Assembly: GCA_031256725.1 (NCBI GenBank)
Contig: JAIRQE010000019.1
Coordinates: 90,001 to 122,000 of the forward strand
DNA: 32,000 nt
Reading direction: 5' to 3'
From: Propionibacteriaceae bacterium
Lineage (GTDB): Bacteria > Actinomycetota > Actinomycetes > Propionibacteriales > Propionibacteriaceae
Both the position numbers and the translations under genes were made by a program. The notes below the pieces were generated by a model. It searched no databases. It worked only from the letters and a program-made list of their open reading frames with translations, and was not told the DNA's origin. Numbering within the stretch: the stretch's first letter is position 1; the number at the start of each line of letters is the position of its first letter. Positions 8,456-15,963 of the stretch are shown here, piece after piece.

Positions 8456-11400
8456 GTGCTTCATCTAGAGGATGTCCGAAAAACATATCGAACAGGAAGT
8501 TTCATTCAGCAAGCTCTTGACGGTGTCACCATGACCTTCCGCGACAATGAGTTTGTCGCGATTCTTGGCCCCTCAGGCTCTGGCAAAACCACCATGCTCA
8601 ATATCGTTGGTGGTTTGGATCACTGCGATTCTGGCAACCTGGTCATTGATCAGGTATCAACCAAGGAGTACACAGATCGCGACTGGGACACTTATCGCAA
8701 TAACCGTATCGGCTTCGTCTTCCAGAACTACAACCTCATCCCCCACCAAAGCGTTTTGGCGAATGTTGAACTGGCGCTAACCCTATCGGGAGTCTCCAAG
8801 GCTGAAAGGTCTGAGCGGGCCCGCCAGGCCCTTGAGCAAGTCGACCTCCTTGAACATATCCATAAACTCCCCAATCAGCTCTCAGGTGGTCAGATGCAGC
8901 GTGTGGCCATTGCACGCGCATTGATCAACGACCCCGAGATCCTTCTTGCCGATGAGCCCACTGGCGCCTTGGATTCCAAGACTGGCGTCCATGTTATGAA
9001 CCTTCTCCAGGGGATCGCCAAAGAGCGACTGGTGATCATGGTGACCCACAACCCTGAGTTAGCTGCTGAGTACGCCACACGTACGATCTCCCTGCGTGAC
9101 GGAAAGGTTGTCAACGATACCAATCCCTATAGACAACCCAAGAAGGGCCGTGATGCAAAGGAGGCCCACCGTACTGCGATGAGCTTCCTCACCGCCATCG
9201 CTTTAAGCTTCAAGAACCTGCTGACGAAGAAGGGCCGTACACTCATGACGAGTTTCGCAGGCTCTATCGGGATCACGGGAATCGCGGCCATCCTTGCTTT
9301 GACTAATGGGGTCAACGCCTATATCCGTGGGGTTGAGGAGAATACGCTCTCCTTGTACCCACTGTCGATCAGTACCCAGGGAATCGACCTGAGTTCGATG
9401 CTCTCCATGGGAAGCACTATCAGCCAGGGTGCCGCCGAGAAGGGCGATGCTGATCTCTACGAAGTCAAGATGATATCGAAGATGTTTGAGGAAGTCGGAT
9501 CCAATGATCTTGAGTCCCTCAAAACCTATCTCGACTCCCCAGAATCAGACATCGATTCCTATGTCAAAGCGATTCAGTACAACTACAACATCACTCCGCA
9601 GATTTTCTCCAAGGCTCAAGCCGATACTGTGAAACAAGTGAACCCCAACAACATGTTCTCCTCTTTGGGTTTCTCTGGGGACTCACCCTCATCAATGATG
9701 AGCATGGGAATGACCGCAAATGTTTTTTCCTCACTTCCTGATGATCTGAGCCTTCTTGAAGGGCAGTACGATATCCTCGCTGGCCATTGGCCAGAATCCA
9801 GCCATGAATGCATCCTGGTGGTGACTGAATCTGGTGGAATCTCTGACTTCGTTCTCTATGCTATGGGTCTGCGCGATCCAGCTGAACTCGACAAAATGAT
9901 CGAGGATATGGCGGAGAACAACCCCGTCACAGTACCCACAGATCGCAAGGTGTTCTCCTATGAGCATCTGTTGAAAGTCACCTTCTCTGTCGTCAACGCC
10001 GTCAACTTCTATGAGTACGACGAGACCTATGAGGTATGGGCAGATCGACGTAACGATGACGAGTGGATGAAGAAGGCAGTACAAAGTGGGGAGACTCTGA
10101 AGGTCGTGGGTATCGTAAGATTCAATCCCAATGCCACTGCTCAAATGCTACGCCCAGGTCTCTACTACCCCACCAGCTTGGTCTACCATCTCATGGATCA
10201 AGCAGGTGATTCGGCGATCGTGAATGAGCAGCTCGACTCCCCCGACGTGAATGTCTTTTCTGGCAAAACATTCGCCTATGAGGCTGAGAATCCCGCGATG
10301 GCTGACTTCGATTTCTCATCCATGTTGAATGTGGATCCCAATGCAATAACCGATATGTTCGCCATGGACTTCTCAGGTATGACGATGCCGAAAATGGACA
10401 ACCTCAGCAACCTTGGATCAACTATGGATATGTCATCAATGTCGGGGAAAATGCCCCCCATGGATCTCAGTGCCATCCTGTCCGACGTTGACATCAAGAT
10501 GGATCCTGATGCTCTTGAGGCCCTCATCACACAAACGATGACCGATTATCTCTCAGACACCCTTTTAGGTACCGCACCTCCGACCGCATCCCCAGGGATA
10601 CCACAGATACCCACAGAATTCTCCACGCAGATTCCTACGTCCCCCCCCACGAGTCTGCCGACATCCTGGCCTACTCTTCCCACTGAGGTACCTACGATAA
10701 ACCAAACTGAATCCGAATCACGTGGACCCGGATCAGAACCCTCTCCAGAAGCGGTGGCTTCTGTACCCTCGGAAACACCTGAGTCGCCAGCGGAAACCGC
10801 GATACAGCTACCAACTTCTATGCCCACTGAGTTTCCAACCTCCGTGCCCAGCGGAATACCCACAGGTCCTCCTACTGGAATGGTTCCAGATGAGAGTTTC
10901 GCAGAATGGTTCACTCAACCTGGCGTACAAGCGCAGTTCATGCAGCGCCTCGTGAACGTTATTAATACTGAGGAAATCAGTCAACAGGTATCTGCGAGCA
11001 TTGCTGAGTCTATGCAAGCGGCCATGCAGTCCATAGTGACTGACATGATGACTAGACTACAAAGTGAGTTAGCGTTAGCACTGAGGGCCACGATGACCCA
11101 GATGACCAACCAGATGTCTGATGCAATGAACTTTGACCCAGACACCATGTCAGAGATCTTCAAGTTCGACATGGACCCAGAAAAGCTGACTGGACTCATG
11201 ATGTCGATGATGAGTAATCAGTCCAACTCCCTAGATGCGAACCTCCGTCAACTGGGGTACGCCAATATGGATATCCCTTACTCTATTGATATCTATCCTT
11301 TAGATTTCGCATCCAAGGAGAAGGTCCTCACCATCCTTGACGGATACAACGATCATATGAACTCCCTTGGTAAGGAGGATCAGGTCATCACCTATACCGA

Positions 11401-11848
11401 CATTGTGGCTACGTTAATGACCTCAGTGACCGACATCATCGACAAGATCTCAACAATACTCGTTGTCTTCGTCTCCATCTCTTTGGTTGTGTCCTCAATC
11501 ATGATTGGTGTCATCACCTTCATCTCAGTCCTGGAAAGACGCAAAGAGATTGGCATCCTAAGAGCCCTTGGAGCATCCAAACGCGACATTGGTAATGTCT
11601 TCAATGCGGAGACTTTGATTGTTGGCTTCGTAGCTGGGTTGATGGGTGTACTCATCACCCTGCTCCTCACACTAATCGTTAATCCGATCTTTTACCTTTT
11701 CACAGATGTGTACAGAATCGCTCGACTGCCTCTCAATGCTGCACTGATTCTGATTGGTGTCTCAATGCTGCTGACCTTCCTCGCGGGTCTCATCCCCAGT
11801 TCAGCAGCCAGTCGTAAGGACCCTGTCGAAGCCCTCCGTAGCGAGTAG
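8456..11848 (+). CDS. MacB-type ABC transporter, fused ATP-binding domain plus single FtsX permease domain with a very large extracytoplasmic insert
   Basis: 1130 aa. GTG start at 8456 is preceded by GGGGAAGGGG. Walker A is GPSGSGKTT, signature is LSGGQMQRVAIARAL, Walker B is LLADEPTGALD. TM1 lies around aa 260-285. The C-terminal FtsX block has ERRKEIGILRALGASKRDI plus three TM helices and the terminal KDPVEALRSE. Confidence 0.9.
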   Translation: MLHLEDVRKTYRTGSFIQQALDGVTMTFRDNEFVAILGPSGSGKTTMLNIVGGLDHCDSGNLVIDQVSTKEYTDRDWDTYRNNRIGFVFQNYNLIPHQSVLANVELALTLSGVSKAERSERARQALEQVDLLEHIHKLPNQLSGGQMQRVAIARALINDPEILLADEPTGALDSKTGVHVMNLLQGIAKERLVIMVTHNPELAAEYATRTISLRDGKVVNDTNPYRQPKKGRDAKEAHRTAMSFLTAIALSFKNLLTKKGRTLMTSFAGSIGITGIAAILALTNGVNAYIRGVEENTLSLYPLSISTQGIDLSSMLSMGSTISQGAAEKGDADLYEVKMISKMFEEVGSNDLESLKTYLDSPESDIDSYVKAIQYNYNITPQIFSKAQADTVKQVNPNNMFSSLGFSGDSPSSMMSMGMTANVFSSLPDDLSLLEGQYDILAGHWPESSHECILVVTESGGISDFVLYAMGLRDPAELDKMIEDMAENNPVTVPTDRKVFSYEHLLKVTFSVVNAVNFYEYDETYEVWADRRNDDEWMKKAVQSGETLKVVGIVRFNPNATAQMLRPGLYYPTSLVYHLMDQAGDSAIVNEQLDSPDVNVFSGKTFAYEAENPAMADFDFSSMLNVDPNAITDMFAMDFSGMTMPKMDNLSNLGSTMDMSSMSGKMPPMDLSAILSDVDIKMDPDALEALITQTMTDYLSDTLLGTAPPTASPGIPQIPTEFSTQIPTSPPTSLPTSWPTLPTEVPTINQTESESRGPGSEPSPEAVASVPSETPESPAETAIQLPTSMPTEFPTSVPSGIPTGPPTGMVPDESFAEWFTQPGVQAQFMQRLVNVINTEEISQQVSASIAESMQAAMQSIVTDMMTRLQSELALALRATMTQMTNQMSDAMNFDPDTMSEIFKFDMDPEKLTGLMMSMMSNQSNSLDANLRQLGYANMDIPYSIDIYPLDFASKEKVLTILDGYNDHMNSLGKEDQVITYTDIVATLMTSVTDIIDKISTILVVFVSISLVVSSIMIGVITFISVLERRKEIGILRALGASKRDIGNVFNAETLIVGFVAGLMGVLITLLLTLIVNPIFYLFTDVYRIARLPLNAALILIGVSMLLTFLAGLIPSSAASRKDPVEALRSE
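10571..10890 (+). repeat. Pro/Thr/Ser-rich low-complexity linker inside the ABC fusion protein
   Basis: Translates to TAPPTASPGIPQIPTEFSTQIPTSPPTSLPTSWPTLPTEVPT...LPTSMPTEFPTSVPSGIPTGPPTG, with recurring (I/L/M)PT(E/S)(F) units. The mirror-image antisense ORF 10546-10914 is an artefact of this composition. Confidence 0.8.
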
Positions 11849-11873
11849 GACTACGAAAATCCCAGGATTTGGA

Positions 11874-12185
11874 TTACTCCTGATCGGGTACCTGAAGGTC
11901 TGAGTGGGTGATCTCCTCAATGGAGACATCCCTGAAGGTGAGTACCTTAGCTGTTTTAACGAAGCGAGCCGGGCGGTACATATCCCAGACCCAGGCATCA
12001 GCCATGGAAACCTCGTAGTAGATGTCGCCACCATCTGTACGTACCTTCACGTCGACGTTATTGCATAGGTAGAAACGACGCTCAGTTTCGACAGCATAGG
12101 TGAAGATGCCGACAACATCCTTGTACTCCTTGTACAGGGCAAGTTCCAGATCGGACTCGTAGGATTCCAGTTCTTCAGTGCTCAT
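11874..12185 (-). CDS. DUF2469 domain protein
   Basis: 103 aa. MSTEELESYESDLELALYKEYKDVVGIFTYAVETERRFYLCN... matches the conserved actinobacterial DUF2469 protein that normally follows rnhB. Its start overlaps the rnhB stop (12182-12185). Confidence 0.88.
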   Translation of the reverse strand: MSTEELESYESDLELALYKEYKDVVGIFTYAVETERRFYLCNNVDVKVRTDGGDIYYEVSMADAWVWDMYRPARFVKTAKVLTFRDVSIEEITHSDLQVPDQE

Positions 12186-12793
12186 GATTGTCCTACTCTA
12201 GTGGTTCGAGCCACGTTCCCATAGCTCATGCGATGCTGTGTACAGGGTCCTAATTCATCAAGATGTCGTTGATGGAGGGCTGTGGCATAGCCCTTGTGCT
12301 TGGAAAACTCGTAGTCAGGGAAGGTTTTGTCGAGATCATTCATGATTCTATCTCTGGTGACCTTTGCAACAATGGATGCTGCTGAAACACAGGGGGAAAC
12401 CTTGTCCCCCTTCCACATCCCAACACTCGGCATCGTGAGTCCTGGTACGGCAAAGCCATCAGTGATGACGAATCCTGGGGTGATAGTCAGGTCTAGTACA
12501 GATTGACGCAGGGCATGGATATTGGCCGCCTGTATCCCCATACGATCGCATTCACTGGCCTCAACAATAACCCAGGAGACAGCCAAAGCCCGTTCAAGGA
12601 TCAACGGGTACAATGCCTCCCGCCGAGCCTCACTTAGGTTCTTAGAGTCGTCAAGCCCCTCAATCATTCGAGATGGTTCACTCGATAGGATCACAGCCGC
12701 AGCAACCAAGGGGCCAGCACAGGCTCCTCGTCCTGCCTCATCTGCACCAGCAACGGGCCCTAAGCCTGCTGTGAGAAGCATGTGGTCATACAT
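12182..12793 (-). CDS. rnhB: ribonuclease HII
   Basis: 203 aa with the catalytic GADEAGRGACAGPLVAAAV (DEAGRG) motif, DSK and ASI(V/L)AKV motifs. Confidence 0.93.
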   Translation of the reverse strand: MYDHMLLTAGLGPVAGADEAGRGACAGPLVAAAVILSSEPSRMIEGLDDSKNLSEARREALYPLILERALAVSWVIVEASECDRMGIQAANIHALRQSVLDLTITPGFVITDGFAVPGLTMPSVGMWKGDKVSPCVSAASIVAKVTRDRIMNDLDKTFPDYEFSKHKGYATALHQRHLDELGPCTQHRMSYGNVARTTRVGQS

Positions 12794-12805
12794 CGTCTCG
12801 GGGGA

Positions 12806-13564
12806 TCATGTACAACTCCACTCGGCCTCGTCCACTGCTGGTGGTGGCCCGGGATCAGGTACATCATCAAAGGTTTCAGGAACAGAGAACCATTGAGCGC
12901 GGGAGAACGGCCTAAGAATCGCAAAGACTGATCCCTGTACAGAATCAAGCTTCGGAGTGGCGATGTCGACAGAGGAAGTCGAACACAGCATTGCTCGTGA
13001 ATCCTTGGATGAATCCCGATGGTCTCCCAAAACAAACATATGCCCTTGCGGTACGTGGATCTCGAAGGGGCGAAGGGCCACAGAATTCATGGCATACACC
13101 AGATAGGGTTCATCAAGGGGTTCCCCATTCACTGTGATATTTCCATCAACATCACAGCAGACGACATGATCCCCCTCAAGACCAATCAGCCGCTTGACGA
13201 GGTATTGTTCGTCAAGGGGGGGAACGAACTTCAGGAAGGCCATGACCTTCTTCCACTGAGGTGCCTCATCGTAATTCTGGGGTAGCCACCCAAGATCATC
13301 ACGGAAAACCACGATATCTCCACGCTCGGGTTGCCCCGGTTTCCATGCGAGGATCATGTCGCTGACTTGAAGTGTATTCTCCATTGATCCAGAGGGAACC
13401 ACATAGTTCTGAAGGAGGAAGATCCGCATCAAGGCAACGACGACACAGGCGATAATCAGGTAGATACCCATATCACGGATCCACCGTAGGAGCGAGACCC
13501 ACCATCGTGTCTTGGGCTCGGACGGTGATTGACCATCGACTGGGGACGTTTGCTCATCGACCAT
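12806..13564 (-). CDS. lepB: signal peptidase I
   Basis: 252 aa with an N-terminal TM helix. Box B is SGSMENTL (catalytic Ser), box D is KRLIGLEGD (catalytic Lys), and box E is GDHRDSSKDSR. Confidence 0.92.
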   Translation of the reverse strand: MVDEQTSPVDGQSPSEPKTRWWVSLLRWIRDMGIYLIIACVVVALMRIFLLQNYVVPSGSMENTLQVSDMILAWKPGQPERGDIVVFRDDLGWLPQNYDEAPQWKKVMAFLKFVPPLDEQYLVKRLIGLEGDHVVCCDVDGNITVNGEPLDEPYLVYAMNSVALRPFEIHVPQGHMFVLGDHRDSSKDSRAMLCSTSSVDIATPKLDSVQGSVFAILRPFSRAQWFSVPETFDDVPDPGPPPAVDEAEWSCT

Positions 13565-13654
13565 GTCAGTTCCTCAGACTTCAGTGTGCATGAATACTCT
13601 GCTGGACTTACTATTAGATTGTTCTAAGGATCGACCAGCAGAGCCTTCCGAGCC

Positions 13655-14005
13655 TCAGATGAAGCGCTTCTCTTTGATCTTGGCCTTCTTGCCACGTAGA
13701 CCACGCAGGTAGTACAGCTTGGCGCGGCGTACATCGCCACGACGCTCGACCTCAATGCGCTCAATGATTGGGGAATGTAGGGGGAAGGTACGCTCGACAC
13801 CAACACCGAAAGAGACCTTACGTACGGTGAAAGCCTCTTGGATGGATGACCCCGTACGGGAGATGACCGCACCAGCGAAAACCTGGATACGGGAGCGGTT
13901 GCCTTCGACAACCTTCACATGGACCTTGACGGAATCGCCTGAGCGAAAATCTGGGATATCGTCCCTCAAAGACTCGGCGTTCACGGCTTGAATAAGCTGA
14001 TTCAT
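13655..14005 (-). CDS. rplS: 50S ribosomal protein L19
   Basis: [48 protein letters not shown]... is canonical L19. I use the ATG at 14005, preceded by GGAGGA, rather than the ORF-track start at 14023. Confidence 0.95.
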   Translation of the reverse strand: MNQLIQAVNAESLRDDIPDFRSGDSVKVHVKVVEGNRSRIQVFAGAVISRTGSSIQEAFTVRKVSFGVGVERTFPLHSPIIERIEVERRGDVRRAKLYYLRGLRGKKAKIKEKRFI

Positions 14006-14157
14006 GTTTCCTCCAGGTGCCACAGGTCACCGCAGTTCGTTGTCGAAACGACTTCCACGGCTATCCCCCCTGTGGCAGGGGCCGTCGAAGCGCAATCACC
14101 AATTCTGCCATATTCACCCCCACCTTTCCACATTGCCCGAGTTTCGAGCCGAAATTC

Positions 14158-14181
14158 CCCTCATAAGATCCCTCATAAGAT
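14158..14181. repeat. perfect 12-bp tandem duplication (ccctcataagat x2) in the rplS upstream / mntH downstream spacer
   Basis: Read directly: ccctcataagat at 14158-14169 and again at 14170-14181. Confidence 0.9.
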
Positions 14182-14271
14182 CACGCAAGTCGACCAGTAC
14201 ACCCTGAAAGACTTCACACAGTCACCATAGGTTGGGTTTCGAGACTTGCATTGAGCGAGGATGGAAACAGT

Positions 14272-15492
14272 TCATCCAGTGATAAGAAGTATGACCAACA
14301 TGAGGTTCAGTACCACGATGGCACCCACAGCGAGCCACGAGATCACAGTGAGCATGGGTTTACTTGCATACTGACCGAGGAACCGACTGCTGGTGTACCT
14401 CACTAAAGGAATCAGAGCGAAAGGTATGCCGAAGCTCAAGACCACCTGACTTAAGACTAAAGCCCAGGTTGGATCGACCCCTATGGCAAGGATGATCAGA
14501 GCAGGTACGAGTGTGATAAGTCTCATGACTATTACTGGTACCTTTCTTTTCAGCAGATCCCTCATGATCGTGACTCCCGCGTAAGCGCCTACAGATGTTG
14601 AGGCCAAGCCTGAGGCAAGTAGACCGATGGCGAACAGTGCCCCCACCACTGGACCGAGATTGGTCTCGATGGCCCGATGTGCGCCCTGGATGGAATCAGT
14701 GCCAGGGACACCGGACAGTGCCGAGGCAGCCAGAACGAGCATGAGGATATTGACACCGCCTGCGAAGAAGAGGGAAACGAGTACCTCCCATCGTGTGGAG
14801 CGAAGAGTTGCTGGCATATCCATGGAGGCCCTGGGTCCATGACGATCCACGGCCAAAGAGGAGTGTGCATAGATCGCATGGGGCATCACTGTGGCTCCCA
14901 GCATTGAGGCAGCCAGAAGTACGGATTCACGTCCAGAAAAACTGGGGATCAGCCCTTGGGCTGCTTGCCCCCACTGTACTCCTGAGACGAAGACCCCAGC
15001 TAAAAACCCGATGGTGATGATCAGGAGCAAGCCGATGATGACACGTTCAAAGGAGCGTTGCCCGCGTTTGGATTGCCAGGCAAGCAGTCCGAAAGAGACC
15101 ACACCGACGATGATCCCTCCAAGGAGAAGGGGTACCCCAAAGAGGATCTCTAAGGCAATAGCCCCTCCAATAACTTCAGCCAAATCAGTCGTGATGGCCA
15201 CGATCTCAGCCTGGGCGAAATAGGCCAGTCGTGTGCTTCGACGGGTACGCTCCCCCAACAGTTTCGACAGACTCTTTCCAGTGACGAGGCCCAGTTTCGC
15301 GGAGAGGTACTGCACGAGCACCGCGATGGTATTTGCAAGAACGAGGACCCAGATGAGCTTGTACCCAAAGCGCGCCCCTGAGGTCAGATTGGCAGCCACA
15401 TTCCCCGGATCCACATATGCAACCGAGGCCACGAATGCTGGCCCCCATAGCCATGCAAGACTGCGGATCCTAGTGGGAGATTTCTGCGCCAT
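14272..15492 (-). CDS. mntH: Nramp-family divalent metal (Mn2+/Fe2+) transporter MntH
   Basis: Contains the YVDPGNVAANL (DPGN) and MPHAIYAHS motifs and many TM segments. The ORF track starts at a TTG (15528); the first ATG is at 15492 (MAQKSPTRIRS...). The start is not resolved. Confidence 0.9.
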   Translation of the reverse strand: MAQKSPTRIRSLAWLWGPAFVASVAYVDPGNVAANLTSGARFGYKLIWVLVLANTIAVLVQYLSAKLGLVTGKSLSKLLGERTRRSTRLAYFAQAEIVAITTDLAEVIGGAIALEILFGVPLLLGGIIVGVVSFGLLAWQSKRGQRSFERVIIGLLLIITIGFLAGVFVSGVQWGQAAQGLIPSFSGRESVLLAASMLGATVMPHAIYAHSSLAVDRHGPRASMDMPATLRSTRWEVLVSLFFAGGVNILMLVLAASALSGVPGTDSIQGAHRAIETNLGPVVGALFAIGLLASGLASTSVGAYAGVTIMRDLLKRKVPVIVMRLITLVPALIILAIGVDPTWALVLSQVVLSFGIPFALIPLVRYTSSRFLGQYASKPMLTVISWLAVGAIVVLNLMLVILLITG

Positions 15493-15596
15493 ATTCTTAG
15501 TCTGTCGTATCCAGTTTTGGTGTGGCAACTAAGTTCCGAGATACACGACTCTAAAATTATTGGCTCTCACCCTGCACATTACTGGTCTCGGTGTAG

Positions 15597-15619
15597 CATC
15601 AATATACCTCATCAATATA
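15597..15619. promoter_or_regulatory. 10-bp direct repeat (catcaatata, 13-bp period) in the mntH / cassette divergent spacer; candidate operator or promoter element
   Basis: catcaatata occurs at 15597-15606 and 15610-15619 within an AT-rich 160-bp divergent intergenic region. No function has been demonstrated. Confidence 0.2.
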
Positions 15620-15687
15620 ACTCTCCGAAATAATCATGGTGATTTATGTTAACATCAGTAATAGTGCGACCAAAGGAGGGATCAGCG

Positions 15688-15957
15688 ATGATTCGCATTG
15701 CCATGGATGTTCTTGAGGGTTTGGCTTCTAACTTGAAGACCATGACTTCGGTGTTGGATGCGGCAGTAGATGGTCCTGCCACAGGTACAGCAACTGGTCA
15801 TGACGGTGTTGATGCTCAGATGGGGGATTTCATACGAGTGTGGCAATCTAGCCGCGAAACAAACATGGATGGCATCAATACCTTGGGTGCGCTCATGACA
15901 TGCACTGTTGAGGGGTTCCGTGATCTAGACGAGCATTATCTCGCAACTCAAAGTTAG
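15688..15957 (+). CDS. small helical WXG100/EspC-like protein (candidate T7SS-type helper or co-substrate)
   Basis: 89 aa from the ATG at 15688, with AAAGGAGGG SD 7 nt upstream (ORF track starts at 15646). The pattern is helix - Gly/Thr/Ala-rich turn (GPATGTATGHDG) - helix, with F..VW in the second helix, as in WXG100-like proteins. There is no canonical WXG. Confidence 0.45.
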   Translation: MIRIAMDVLEGLASNLKTMTSVLDAAVDGPATGTATGHDGVDAQMGDFIRVWQSSRETNMDGINTLGALMTCTVEGFRDLDEHYLATQS

Positions 15958-15963
15958 GGGTTC

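Noticed and set aside
10546-10914. A 122-aa minus-strand ORF (Gly/Val/Ser-rich) opposite the ABC fusion gene. The same applies to 24217-24495 (Ser/Gly-rich), opposite the DUF349 gene.
   Set aside because: These are mirror-image open frames created by low-complexity Pro/Thr and Asp/Glu/Pro coding repeats on the other strand.
11857-11875. A short inverted repeat (AAATCC-ca-GGATTT, or AATCC...GGATT) between the convergent ABC and DUF2469 genes as a bidirectional terminator.
   Set aside because: The stems are only 5-6 bp and AT-rich, with a sterically impossible 2-nt loop in one fold. It overlaps the DUF2469 stop codon.
13597-13643. A 9-bp inverted repeat (CTCTGCTGG / CCAGCAGAG) between rplS and lepB as a terminator.
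   Set aside because: The 29-nt loop and the lack of a U-tract make a stable terminator doubtful. It may be an intercistronic structure, but this cannot be supported from sequence alone.
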